NCBI GenBank assembly: GCA_963786935.1
Contig: CAWBAN010000003.1
Coordinates: 81,790 to 145,789, forward strand
Reading direction: 5' to 3'
Length of the DNA stretch: 64,000 nucleotides
Source: an uncultured bacterium
GTDB lineage: Bacteria > Krumholzibacteriota > Krumholzibacteriia > Krumholzibacteriales > Krumholzibacteriaceae
Position 1 is the first letter of the stretch. Each line of letters begins with the position of its first letter. The translations under genes were made by a program, and so were the position numbers. The notes under the pieces were generated by a model. The model did not search any database and was not told where the DNA came from. It saw nothing but the letters and a program-made list of their open reading frames with translations. Below, piece by piece: positions 39,202 to 49,184 of the stretch.

Positions 39202-40887
39202 ATGGCGCCGCTCGGATCGACCAACATCGTGATCGGCGGAGAGGCCGGCCAGGGGCTCGTGACGGTCGGGGGGCTCCTCGCGAGGGTTCTCGCCGCGGAG
39301 GGCTACCGGTTCGTCGTCACGCAGGGCTATCAGTCGAGGATCCGCGGGGGGCACAACACCTACGAGGTGCGGGTGAGCCCCGACGCCGTCGAGGCGCCCG
39401 CCGAGGAGATCGACGTCCTCGTCGCCCTCGATGACGCGACCGTGGCGCTGCGCGCCGCCGATCTCGCCCCGGGCGCGCTCGTCATCGCCGACGCGTCCCA
39501 CTGCGGCGTCGAGCCGCGCTGCGTCGGCGTGCCGTTCAAGGATCTCTCTCCCCCTCCGTTCAGGAACATCGCCGCGCTCGGGGTGGTCTGCGGGATGCTC
39601 GGGCTCGACGAGCAGGCGGCCGCCCGGATCGTCGACGAGACCTTCGGCGCGAAGCATCCGGAGAAGGCCGCGGGAAACCGTGACGCGCTCGCGAAGGGGA
39701 TCGCCTGGTGCGCCGGGAGGGAATCGGCGTTCCGCCGCCTGCCGGCGGCGCCGCGGGGTCCGCGGCGGATCGTGCTCGCGGGGAACGAGGCGCTCGCCCT
39801 CGGCGCGGTTTCGGCCGGGCTCCGGTTCGTTTCGTTCTATCCGATGACGCCGGCGACGGGGATACCGCTCACGGTCATCGGGATGGCGGAGCGGATGGGG
39901 ATCGTGGTCGAGCAGGCCGAGGACGAGATCGCCGCTATCAACATGGCCATCGGCGCCTCGTTCGCCGGAGCGCCGAGCATGACCGCGACCGCGGGCGGCG
40001 GCTTCGCGCTCATGGTCGAGGGCGTGAGCCTCGCCGGGATGACGGAGACGCCGGTCGTGATCGTCGTGGGGCAGCGTCCGGCGCCCGCGACGGGGCTCCC
40101 GACGCGCACCGAGCAGGCGGATCTCGAGTTCGTGCTCCACGCGGGGCACGGGGAATTCCCGCGGGCGATCCTCGCGCCCGGCGGCGTCGAGGAGTGCTTC
40201 CACCTCGCGCGGAAGGCGTTTTTCCTCGCCGAGGCCCATCAGGGCCCCGTGTTCATCCTCACCGATCAGTTTCTCGCCGACAGCTACCGCGCCGTGGAGC
40301 CGTTCGATCTCGCCGGCCTCGACGCGGTGCGGCCGGGAGCCGATCCCGCCTCCATCGCCGCGCCCTACCGGCGCCACGCATTCACCGCGGGCGGCGTGAG
40401 CCCGCGGCTGCTGCCCGGCGCGAGCGACACCCTCGTCGTGACCGACAGCGACGAGCACACCGAGGACGGCCATCTCACCGAGGACCTCGGCGTGCGCGCG
40501 AAGATGGTCGAAAAGCGGCTCGCGAAGCTCGACGGCCTCAGCCGGGACGCGCTGGCGCCCGCGTACGAGGGAAGCGAGAGCCCGGAGCTGCTCCTCGTCT
40601 CGTGGGGCTCGACGCGCGGATCGGCCCGGGAGGCGGCCGCGGCGATCAGGGCGAACGGCGTCGACGCCGCCACGCTCCATTTCAGCCAGGTGTGGCCGCT
40701 CGTGCCGGAGCGGTTCCTCGGCCGGCTCGAGCGGGCCGGGAGCGTCGTCTGCGTCGAGGGGAACGCGACGGGCCAGCTCGCGCGGCTCATCCGCCGCGAA
40801 ACGGGATTCGAGATCGAGGAGCGGGTGTCGCGGTACGACGGTCTTCCCATCACGCCCGGATATATCGTGCGGGCGTTGAGCGTTTGA
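39202..40887 (+). CDS. 2-oxoacid:ferredoxin oxidoreductase alpha(+gamma) subunit
   Basis: GGEAGQG, SRIRGGH, YPMTPA, QAEDEIAA and GLPTRTEQAD motifs. Confidence 0.93.
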   Translation: MAPLGSTNIVIGGEAGQGLVTVGGLLARVLAAEGYRFVVTQGYQSRIRGGHNTYEVRVSPDAVEAPAEEIDVLVALDDATVALRAADLAPGALVIADASHCGVEPRCVGVPFKDLSPPPFRNIAALGVVCGMLGLDEQAAARIVDETFGAKHPEKAAGNRDALAKGIAWCAGRESAFRRLPAAPRGPRRIVLAGNEALALGAVSAGLRFVSFYPMTPATGIPLTVIGMAERMGIVVEQAEDEIAAINMAIGASFAGAPSMTATAGGGFALMVEGVSLAGMTETPVVIVVGQRPAPATGLPTRTEQADLEFVLHAGHGEFPRAILAPGGVEECFHLARKAFFLAEAHQGPVFILTDQFLADSYRAVEPFDLAGLDAVRPGADPASIAAPYRRHAFTAGGVSPRLLPGASDTLVVTDSDEHTEDGHLTEDLGVRAKMVEKRLAKLDGLSRDALAPAYEGSESPELLLVSWGSTRGSAREAAAAIRANGVDAATLHFSQVWPLVPERFLGRLERAGSVVCVEGNATGQLARLIRRETGFEIEERVSRYDGLPITPGYIVRALSV

Positions 40888-40897
40888 GGGGGCGCGC

Positions 40898-41764
40898 ATG
40901 GTTTCGATCGAGGATTACGGAACGTACGAAACGGCCTGGTGCCCCGGCTGCGGCAACTTCGCGCTCCTCGAAGGGGTCAAGAAGGGCCTCGTCGCGGCGG
41001 GGCTCGCCCCGCGGGACGTGCTCTTCGTGAGCGGCATCGGGCAGGCGGCGAAGGCGCCGCACTACCTCAACGCGAACGTCTTCGACGGGCTCCACGGCCG
41101 CTCCCTGCCCGTCGCCACGGGCGCCAAGCTCGCCAACCCGAATCTCGCCGTGCTCGTCGAGAGCGGCGACGGCTGCTGCTACGGGGAGGGGGGGAACCAC
41201 TTCCTCGCCGCGATCAGGCGCAACGTCGACGTCACGATGATCGTGCACGACAACCAGATCTACGGCCTCACGAAAGGGCAGGCGAGCCCCACGTCGGAGG
41301 AAGGCACGAAGACGAAGGCGCAGCCCGGCGGCGTCCTCCTCGAGCGCTTCAACCCGCTCGCCGTCGCCGTCGCGATGCGCGCCGGATTCGTGGCGCGGAG
41401 CTTCACGGGAGCGGTCGACCACCTCGCCGACATGATCAGGCAGGGGATCGCGCACCGCGGGTTCTCCGTGATCGACGTTCTGCAGCCATGCGTCTCGTTC
41501 AACAAGGTGAACACCTTCGCCTGGTACAAGAAGCGCTGCCGCGAGCTCGACGCCGGATACGATCCCGCCGATTGGGCGGCCGCCGCGAAGACCGCCGTCG
41601 AGTGGGGGGACACGATCCCGATCGGCGTGATCTACCGGAACGACCGTGCGCCGTTCGAGAGCCTCGAGCCCGCGCTCGCCGCGGGGCCGCTCGCGGGCCG
41701 CTCCGTCGATTTCGCCGCGCTCGGCGCCGAAATGATGCGCATCGGAGGCGCCGCCGATGATTGA
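40898..41764 (+). CDS. 2-oxoacid:ferredoxin oxidoreductase beta subunit
   Basis: WCPGCGN, HGR, GDG, DNQIYGLTKGQ and QPCVSFN motifs. Confidence 0.93.
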   Translation: MVSIEDYGTYETAWCPGCGNFALLEGVKKGLVAAGLAPRDVLFVSGIGQAAKAPHYLNANVFDGLHGRSLPVATGAKLANPNLAVLVESGDGCCYGEGGNHFLAAIRRNVDVTMIVHDNQIYGLTKGQASPTSEEGTKTKAQPGGVLLERFNPLAVAVAMRAGFVARSFTGAVDHLADMIRQGIAHRGFSVIDVLQPCVSFNKVNTFAWYKKRCRELDAGYDPADWAAAAKTAVEWGDTIPIGVIYRNDRAPFESLEPALAAGPLAGRSVDFAALGAEMMRIGGAADD

Positions 41765-42569
41765 CGCGCTGCGGGGGCTCGACCCGCTCGTCCAGACGCT
41801 CCTCGCCACGTCGTTCACGTGGGGCATGACCGCGCTCGGCGCCGCCGCGGTGTTCGCTTTCAGGACCTTCAATCAAAAAGTGCTCGATTCGATGCTCGGC
41901 TTCGCCGGCGGCGTCATGATCGCGGCGAGCTTCTGGTCGCTGCTCGCCCCCGCCATCGATATGTGCGAGGGGGGCGGCTTGCCCTGCTGGTTTCCCCCGG
42001 CGGCGGGATTCGCGGCCGGTGCCGCGGCGCTGCGCGTCATCGATCTCGTTTTGCCCCACCTCCATCCGGGGCTCTCCGTCGATCACGCGGAGGGCATCCG
42101 CACGACGTGGCGGCGGAGCACGCTCCTCGTGCTCGCGATCACGCTGCACAACATCCCCGAAGGGCTCGCCGTGGGCGTCGTGTTCGGGGCGGCCGCGTCG
42201 GGATTCGGACCAGCCTCGCTCGCCGGCGCGGCGGCGCTCACCATCGGGATCGGCATCCAGAATTTCCCCGAAGGGCTCGCCGTCTCCCTGCCGCTCCGCC
42301 GCGAGGGACTGTCGCGCGTGAGAAGCTTCTGGTACGGCCAGCTTTCCGGGGCCGTCGAGCCGGTCGCCGCCGTCGCGGGCGTGCTCGCCGTCGCTTCGGC
42401 CCGGGCGCTCCTGCCGTATGCCCTCGGCTTCGCGGCGGGCGCCATGATCTACGTCGTCGTGGAAGAGGTGATCCCCGAGTCGCAGACCGGGGGCAACTCG
42501 GACATCGCCACCATCGGCACGGTCATCGGTTTCGTCGTCATGATGATTCTCGACGTGAGCCTGTCCTAG
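41757..42569 (+). CDS. ZIP (GufA/ZupT) metal transporter
   Basis: HNIPEGLAVG, QNFPEG and EEVIPE motifs. Confidence 0.93.
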   Translation: MIDALRGLDPLVQTLLATSFTWGMTALGAAAVFAFRTFNQKVLDSMLGFAGGVMIAASFWSLLAPAIDMCEGGGLPCWFPPAAGFAAGAAALRVIDLVLPHLHPGLSVDHAEGIRTTWRRSTLLVLAITLHNIPEGLAVGVVFGAAASGFGPASLAGAAALTIGIGIQNFPEGLAVSLPLRREGLSRVRSFWYGQLSGAVEPVAAVAGVLAVASARALLPYALGFAAGAMIYVVVEEVIPESQTGGNSDIATIGTVIGFVVMMILDVSLS

Positions 42570-42594
42570 GACCCGCTCATCCCCGAAATGCCGC

Positions 42595-43740
42595 TCAGCC
42601 GGCCGGCCGGCGCGCGCCTCTCCTCATTCCGGTCAATCGAAGAGCGCCGAGCGCCGCGGTGACGCCGGCGAGCGAGCCGCCCGAGAGCGCGGCCGTCCAC
42701 TCGCGGGACGGGAGCGGGTAGCGCGCGACGAGCCAATGGAAGCTCGAGAGGAATCCGCCGGCGAGCACGAGCGCGACGAGGCCTCCGTTCGGCCACACGC
42801 AATCCTGGAGAATGAGCCCGACGAGCGGATAGAACACGAGGGAAGCGGGATTGAGCAGGCGCTCGTTGTTGTGCCCGAAAAAGGGCGTGGCCGCCACGAG
42901 CGCGAAGAACAGGACGAGATGGATTCGTCCCTTGAAGAACGCGCGCGTGCGTCCGAAGAACACGAACGGCACGAACGCGAGGGGGACGAACGGATTCACG
43001 AGCACGTGGTACATGCGCTCGAGCGACGTGATCTTGGTCCAGTGCGCCGCGACGGCCTCCGTCAGCGTGGGGCCGGCCGCCGGGTGGACGAGGAGACGGA
43101 TCGCCGCGAAGACGGCGAGGCCGGGGGCCGCCGCCGCGGCGAACTTCCGGCCTTCCCGCGCGAGCAGGCCGCTCTCGGCGAGATACAGGGCGCCGACGGG
43201 AATCATGATCATGGCCGTTTCCCGCGTGGCGGCGCCGAGCGCGAACGCGACGGCGAAACGGAGCCATCGGGCCTCCGCCAACGACAGAAGAATGACGACG
43301 AGCAGGATGTTCATGATGATGTCGTTGACGTGGAAGTAGTTCCAGGACGTGAAGCCGAAGAAATGCTTGTTGAATACGTAGAGCGCGGCCGCGACGCAGG
43401 CGAACGGCGGCCGGAGCCCGAACGAGCGCGCGAGGCGATACAGCAGATAGACGAAGAGCAGGGAGAGCGCGATGTTGACGGCGAGGAACGAGCGCTCGAG
43501 GGGGCCCGGGATGAGGCCGGTCAGGTACGGACCGAGGAGCCGGAACGCGAAGGGGCGCGGGGCGCTTGCGTCGAGGGAAGGCGCGTCGGCGGCCATCCGT
43601 ATGTAGATGAGGGAATCCCATTCGTGGAACGCCGCGTTCGTCGGGTCGATGCGGCCGTAGAGGAAGATCATCGCCGCGGTGACGAGCGCGAGGACGAGCA
43701 GCGGTTTCAGGTCGGCGCGATCGAAGTCGATTCCGTTCAT
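42595..43740 (-). CDS. Polytopic membrane protein, possibly GT-C-like
   Basis: About 10 TM; WD..IY..MA, PFAFRLL.P and TRE motifs. Confidence 0.6.
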   Translation of the reverse strand: MNGIDFDRADLKPLLVLALVTAAMIFLYGRIDPTNAAFHEWDSLIYIRMAADAPSLDASAPRPFAFRLLGPYLTGLIPGPLERSFLAVNIALSLLFVYLLYRLARSFGLRPPFACVAAALYVFNKHFFGFTSWNYFHVNDIIMNILLVVILLSLAEARWLRFAVAFALGAATRETAMIMIPVGALYLAESGLLAREGRKFAAAAAPGLAVFAAIRLLVHPAAGPTLTEAVAAHWTKITSLERMYHVLVNPFVPLAFVPFVFFGRTRAFFKGRIHLVLFFALVAATPFFGHNNERLLNPASLVFYPLVGLILQDCVWPNGGLVALVLAGGFLSSFHWLVARYPLPSREWTAALSGGSLAGVTAALGALRLTGMRRGARRPAG

Positions 43741-43927
43741 CTCGCGGGCAATTCTCGATTCAAACGCTCCGCAAGGCAAGACCATTTTTGCGGCGCGCCC
43801 CTCACCCCGGCCCCCGGGCCTCCGCGATGCGGTCTTGTCCGGTCGCCGCCGATATGCTATAAAGGCCGGACGAGCGCCCCGCCGGCGCGAATTATCGCGA
43901 TCGAACCCGAACACGAGGAGTCATGCC

Positions 43928-45529
43928 ATGATTTTCGAGAGACGAGCGACGCCGCTTCTGTTCGCCGCCCTGCTCATCGCGACGGTGAGCATGAGCGCGC
44001 CGGCGAGCCGGGCCAAGGACATTCCCGACGGCTGCACGACGATCACCGTCGGGCGCCTCGCCTCCGCCGACGGCTCGGTCATGACGTCGCACACGTGCGA
44101 CAGCCATGACGGGCGCCTGTGGCTGTATGCCGTGCCGCGGCAGAAGCACGCCCCCGGTTCGATGAACCGCATCTATCTCCATACCGAGGAGATGGCGAGC
44201 TACGGCGACACGACCGGTCTCGTCTACCGGGGATCGATTCCCGAAGTGCCGGAGACGTACTCGTACATTTGGGGCTTCTACGCGTGCATCAACGAGCGCC
44301 AGCTCTCGATCGGCGAATCCACGTTCGGCGGCAAGGAGGTCATGAAGAGCGATCGGGGGATGTTCAATCTCTACGAGCTCACGCGACTCATGGCCGAGCG
44401 CTGCGCGACGGCCCGCGAGGCGATCCGGCTCGCCGACGAGCTCCTCACGAAGTACGGCTATAACGACGGGGGGGAATGCCTCTCGATCGCCGACACGAAA
44501 GAGGTGTGGATGTTCGAGGTCGTCGGCCCCGGCCAGGGGAAGATCGGCGCGGTCTGGGCCGCCCAGCGCGTTCCCGACGACCATATCAGCGTGAACGCGA
44601 ACAGCGCCCGCATCCGCCGGCTCGACCTCGACGACAAAGACAATTTCATGGCCTCGAAGAACGTGTTCAGCACCGCGATCGAGATGGGGCTCTGGGATCC
44701 GAAGAGCGGGGAGCCGTTCGAGTTCTGCTACGCGTACGGCGACCGCGCCTCGATGTGGGCGCGTCGTCGCGAATGGCGCGTGTACGATCTGCTCGCCCCG
44801 TCGCGGAAGTTCGACGCGAACCAGGAGAACTTCCCCTTCTCGATCAAGCCCGAGAAGAAGGTCTCGGTCGAGGAGGTCATGAAGATATTCGAGGACACCT
44901 ACGAGGGCACCGAGTACGACATGACGAAGTTCATGCTCGTCAAGGACGAGAACGGGAAGTACGTCAAGAGCCCGTACGCGAATCCGTTCATGAACTACGA
45001 CCAGATGCCGCTCTGGAAGATCAACGGGTCTCTCGGGGAGATGGGGGAACGCACGATAGCCCGCTACTACTGCGTCTATTTCATCGTGACGCAGTCCCGC
45101 GCCTGGCTGCCCGACCCGATCGGGGGCGTCTGCTGGTTCGGCTGGGACAATCCGGCGACGACGTGCAACGCGCCGCTCTACTGCGGGATCACGGATCTGC
45201 CCGCCTCGTGGAAATTCGGGGGCCCGAAGGGGCGCCCCGCCTACACGGAAGAAAGCGCGTGGTGGGCGTTCAACCGCGCGAGCGTCATCGCCGCTCACCG
45301 CTGGGGGGAGATGCGGCATGACCTGTACGCGGTGCGCGATCCCTTCAGGCGGCAGGCGTTCGACGAGCAGAAGCGGATCGACGACGAGGCGTCGAAGCTC
45401 TATGCGGAAGATCCGCGAAAGGCGGCGGAGTACCTGACCAAGTACAGCTGCGATTTCTGCACGCGTATCACGGAGGCGTACTGGAAGCTCGGAGACGATC
45501 TGTTCACGAAATACGACGAGAAGTGGTAA
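43928..45529 (+). CDS. Exported C69 dipeptidase (Ntn hydrolase)
   Basis: Signal peptide followed by CTTITVG..ASADGS; INERQLSIGEST and WAAQRVPDD motifs. Confidence 0.9.
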   Translation: MIFERRATPLLFAALLIATVSMSAPASRAKDIPDGCTTITVGRLASADGSVMTSHTCDSHDGRLWLYAVPRQKHAPGSMNRIYLHTEEMASYGDTTGLVYRGSIPEVPETYSYIWGFYACINERQLSIGESTFGGKEVMKSDRGMFNLYELTRLMAERCATAREAIRLADELLTKYGYNDGGECLSIADTKEVWMFEVVGPGQGKIGAVWAAQRVPDDHISVNANSARIRRLDLDDKDNFMASKNVFSTAIEMGLWDPKSGEPFEFCYAYGDRASMWARRREWRVYDLLAPSRKFDANQENFPFSIKPEKKVSVEEVMKIFEDTYEGTEYDMTKFMLVKDENGKYVKSPYANPFMNYDQMPLWKINGSLGEMGERTIARYYCVYFIVTQSRAWLPDPIGGVCWFGWDNPATTCNAPLYCGITDLPASWKFGGPKGRPAYTEESAWWAFNRASVIAAHRWGEMRHDLYAVRDPFRRQAFDEQKRIDDEASKLYAEDPRKAAEYLTKYSCDFCTRITEAYWKLGDDLFTKYDEKW

Positions 45530-45569
45530 TCGCCGCCGGCGGCCGGCGGAAACGAGCGATCATAACGCG

Positions 45570-45602
45570 CCCCCGGAGAGTCAGCTTTCCGGGGGCTCTT
45601 TC
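45570..45602 (+). terminator. Rho-independent terminator
   Basis: CCCCCGGAGAG-TCAG-CTTTCCGGGGG followed by CTCTTT. Confidence 0.7.
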
Positions 45603-45810
45603 ATATGCGGAATTAAGGCCGCACTGCATTGGTAAAAAAATTCTGACATCTCGGAATAGATATCTGTTTATAATAATTCCACCTTCTAAATATGAAAATT
45701 GATTTTTCGTAAGTCTTTATTTTTTAATTGACAAACATGCTATTTGCGAATTAATATGAATATGATTATTAGCTTAGTTAATCATACAAACACTCTTTTA
45801 TGGAGGTATC
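45600..45810 (+). promoter_or_regulatory. AT-rich promoter region
   Basis: Sharp AT island; TTGACA(45728)-18 nt-TAATAT; GGAGG RBS. Confidence 0.6.
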
Positions 45811-46518
45811 GTGATGAGAATTCGGCGAACGATTATGGCAGCCCTTCTTCCGGCCGTCCTGGCGATGCCCGCATTCGCCGCCTGTCCGAACGCCCCGAGG
45901 GACGGCATTTATGCGACGTCGAACGGCACGATTCTCGGCGGCCGCTCCTCCGAAGCATGGTGCAGCGGAGCGGGCCCGGGGCGGATCGGCAACACCGAGA
46001 GCGCCATGTCGTGGGACGGCGTCAATCTCGGCGCGCAGTGGAAGGTGTACGGCATGACGAGCGAGGGAGCCGAGGAGACCGCGCGGTACTTCGACGCGCA
46101 CGGCAACGGCTGGATCGATTACGCGACGAACTACGTCGGGGGCAATTTCTGGCTGTCCGGCGCCGGCAATTGGGGAAACGGCGCCGCCGATTACTCGGGG
46201 ACCGTGACCTATTTCAACGTGGGCGCGCGGGTGACGTATGTCGGCGGCTCGCCGGTCGGCGTCACGTCGAACATCCTCCTGACGGGCGTGTTCGACGATT
46301 GCCCGAACTGCTCGATCGAGTACGCGATTTCGAACGCGATCCTCGTCTGGCAGACGGGCTACCCGACGGCGATGCCCGCGAACTATCCGCCGTTCCAGTG
46401 CAATGCCTCTTCCGGAGAGCTCTTCGACGCGTGCTGCATCGTCGCGAAGATTCATTGCACTCCCATTTCCACGAATCCGAGCACCTGGGGGGGAATCAAA
46501 TCCCTGTACCTGCAGTAA
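45811..46518 (+). CDS. Secreted 8-Cys protein with STWGGIKSLYLQ tail (paralogue A)
   Basis: Signal peptide ending AFA; collinear with 56202-56906. Confidence 0.85.
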   Translation: MMRIRRTIMAALLPAVLAMPAFAACPNAPRDGIYATSNGTILGGRSSEAWCSGAGPGRIGNTESAMSWDGVNLGAQWKVYGMTSEGAEETARYFDAHGNGWIDYATNYVGGNFWLSGAGNWGNGAADYSGTVTYFNVGARVTYVGGSPVGVTSNILLTGVFDDCPNCSIEYAISNAILVWQTGYPTAMPANYPPFQCNASSGELFDACCIVAKIHCTPISTNPSTWGGIKSLYLQ

Positions 46519-46554
46519 GCATCGCTTGAGGCATCAACTGGTGCATGGGAGACG

Positions 46555-46581
46555 GGGCCGGCCGGGATTCTCGGCCGGCCC
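46555..46581 (+). terminator. Hairpin terminator candidate
   Basis: GGGCCGGCCG-N7-CGGCCGGCCC. Confidence 0.5.
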
Positions 46582-46609
46582 TTCGCGTCTATGACGCTGA
46601 AGCCGCGCG

Positions 46610-46639
46610 TTGACAGCCCCGACGTTTCTGCATTACAAT
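46610..46639 (+). promoter_or_regulatory. Sigma-70 promoter for the kinase operon
   Basis: TTGACA-18 nt-TACAAT. Confidence 0.65.
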
Positions 46640-46688
46640 TGAAAATTATCCTCGGAAAGTCCCAAGAACCCCGGGGAGATCGCCGACC

Positions 46689-49184
46689 ATGGCGAAGGGG
46701 GATCGAATCTCGAAGGCGCCCGGTTCGAATCGTCGGCCGGCGCCTGAGGTTGGGAGCATGCACCGAGCCCCGTTTCGGATCACGATGCTGGCGATCGCCG
46801 CCCTTGCGGCGCCCGCCTTTCTTGCGGTCTTGACGCCGATGCCGGCGAGCGCGGCAAGCCGCGACGACAATCGCCGGCCCTTCCGGTTCAAGACGCTTGT
46901 CACGATGCACTTCGCTACCAGGACTCCGGCTCGTCCCAAGATACCCTGCTTCGTCGCCGACATCGATCTCGACGGCAACGACGATCTTCTCGTCGACGAA
47001 CCTGATCGGCTTCTCTGGTACGCGATTCGCGGCGATACGATGACGCTCGTGAGGGAGTGCGCCTACGAACACAGGGGCATCACACGCATGGTCACGGACG
47101 GCACCGGAGACGGACATCCCGACTTCTTCTCCCTCGAGCTGCATCCCGAGGGAGCGATGCTGTCCTTGCGCGACTGGTATTCGCCGGGCGGTCCCTCGAA
47201 ACCGCTCTGGACGATCGGCCCCCTCCTTCAACTGGGAACCGACGGCGCAAGCCCCGGGGCGAGGATTTTCATGTTCGGAAGCTTCATCGCCGAAAAGGGC
47301 AAAGCTCCCGCGATCCTGATAGGGCTCAATACGCTCAGGGCCGAGGCCCGCTGCCGTTCGCTTCTCGCGTACGACGTGTCGTCGGGGAAGAGGATGTGGA
47401 GCCGCGATATCGCATCCGCCAGCTGTGAGCTCGTATGGGATTATTTCGGCGACACCTTCCCGCGGATCGTATTCACGACCGCCGCTCTCGGGAACGGCGT
47501 CGTGTGCGGTGACATGGCTGACAGCCTCTCCCACGTCATGTGCCTCGATGGACGAGACGGCCGGCTTCTCTGGAAGAGTCCGTTGACCGGGCGGGGTGGA
47601 CGCGGATTCCTCGCTCTCGCCGACGTCAATGGCGACGGATCGAAGGAGATCCTCGTGGCCCGGTATTTCTCCAGATTCGATGCCGGGGCGTTCGTGATCG
47701 GACGGGATTGGGCGGTGGCCGCCCTGAATCGCGACGGCGATATTCTGGCGAGTGCAGCGATGCCGATGATTCCGAAGGGGATCCGAGCCGCGGATCTCGA
47801 TGGCGATTCGTCGCCGGAAATAATCGTGCGGGGAGCCGACGGAGAGATCGGAATCCTCGGAGCCGCTCTCGATATCAGGAGTCTCTTTCTCTGTCCGCCG
47901 AACGTAGACGGCTCCACGAACGAGGTTTTCGGAGTGGGCGATCTCGTGGGTGACGAGAGGCCGGAAATCGTCTGCCAGCTTGGCCGCGCGCTCTTGCTGC
48001 GAGATCGGAAGGGCAATGTGATCGCCAAGCGCTCGTTCGCGCGGCAAGCGCCGGACTCGGCCGCGACCCGGGCCGACGGGCCGATCGACGCGTGGATCGC
48101 CCGGTGCGACGGCGAGAATCGCGTCATCGCGGCGAACGGCGATTCGATCCAGATCCTGATTCTCGAGCGGACGCCCCTCGCGGCGAGAATCAGTGCTTCC
48201 CGGCGGCCGCTGGCCGCCTGGGCCGCCGCCGGCGCCCTCGCGACCGTATGGGCGACCTTCCACATGCGACGCCTGCTCAAGCGGCGGCGGGAGCGGTTTC
48301 TCTCGATGGACGAGGCGCACAACGAGCTCCTCAAGGCGATGGCGGCGTTCGGTCACGGGGGCTCTTCGCTCAAGGTCATCGATCGTCTCCGGCTCCATCT
48401 GAAGAACTGGGACCGGATACACGCCGACGGCGTGACGAGGGAGGAGCTCGTCGCGAGGCTTCGCGAAACCTACGTGGAAACGGTGGTGCCGGAAATCAAA
48501 CATATCGTGATGCTCGCCCGCCGCGCGCGCATTCCGGATGGTATCTGGAACTCCCTCCAGGCGGAGGCGGGATTCGCCGCGGAGGAGACGGAGGCGATTC
48601 TCGCCACGGGCTCCGAGGGGGACGCGTACCGTACGGAGCATATCGCGAAAGCGCTCGGGGCCCTCGACGGCGTGGACGGCTCGCTCGCCGGCATCCGCCT
48701 GCACTTGCGCTCCATTTTCAGGACTCCCGTCGCCGAAGCGCTCGGGCGCCTCGTGAAGCGGTTCCGGTACGAGCACGGCGCCCGCGGAATCTCGTTCGCG
48801 CTCGTATGCGATTCCTCGACGGCCTCGGACGTGTTCATCTCTCCCGTCACGTTCGACAAGATATTCGAGTCGCTGCTCTCGAACGCGGTCCGCGCGACCG
48901 AAAGCCGGACCGACGCCGAGATCGCGATCGCGGTGCAGTGGGAGGGGAACTACTGCCGGATCGACGTGCGCGACAACGGATGCGGGATTCCGCGCGACGA
49001 CTGGGAGCGCGCGTTCGAGAGGCACTACACGACGAAAGAGGGGGAGGGGGGCTTCGGCCTCTACTATGCCCGGGAGGAGCTCGCGAAGTTCGGGGGCAAG
49101 ATCTATGTCCTCGAGAGCTCCGCGGGCTCGGGAACGACCATGCGGGTCGTTTTCAGAAAATCGGAGAAAGCGGGGGGCGTGTGA
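46689..49184 (+). CDS. Sensor histidine kinase-like protein with extracellular FG-GAP/PQQ propeller (start uncertain, 46689-46785)
   Basis: DxDGxxDL/EI repeats; TM; HATPase boxes LLSNA, DNGCGI, FERHYTTK, GFGL and GTT. Confidence 0.85.
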   Translation: MAKGDRISKAPGSNRRPAPEVGSMHRAPFRITMLAIAALAAPAFLAVLTPMPASAASRDDNRRPFRFKTLVTMHFATRTPARPKIPCFVADIDLDGNDDLLVDEPDRLLWYAIRGDTMTLVRECAYEHRGITRMVTDGTGDGHPDFFSLELHPEGAMLSLRDWYSPGGPSKPLWTIGPLLQLGTDGASPGARIFMFGSFIAEKGKAPAILIGLNTLRAEARCRSLLAYDVSSGKRMWSRDIASASCELVWDYFGDTFPRIVFTTAALGNGVVCGDMADSLSHVMCLDGRDGRLLWKSPLTGRGGRGFLALADVNGDGSKEILVARYFSRFDAGAFVIGRDWAVAALNRDGDILASAAMPMIPKGIRAADLDGDSSPEIIVRGADGEIGILGAALDIRSLFLCPPNVDGSTNEVFGVGDLVGDERPEIVCQLGRALLLRDRKGNVIAKRSFARQAPDSAATRADGPIDAWIARCDGENRVIAANGDSIQILILERTPLAARISASRRPLAAWAAAGALATVWATFHMRRLLKRRRERFLSMDEAHNELLKAMAAFGHGGSSLKVIDRLRLHLKNWDRIHADGVTREELVARLRETYVETVVPEIKHIVMLARRARIPDGIWNSLQAEAGFAAEETEAILATGSEGDAYRTEHIAKALGALDGVDGSLAGIRLHLRSIFRTPVAEALGRLVKRFRYEHGARGISFALVCDSSTASDVFISPVTFDKIFESLLSNAVRATESRTDAEIAIAVQWEGNYCRIDVRDNGCGIPRDDWERAFERHYTTKEGEGGFGLYYAREELAKFGGKIYVLESSAGSGTTMRVVFRKSEKAGGV

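Noticed and set aside
45600-45810. AT-rich island as a mobile-element end or replication origin
   Set aside because: No transposase, integrase, terminal repeats or DnaA-box array seen; explained as a promoter region
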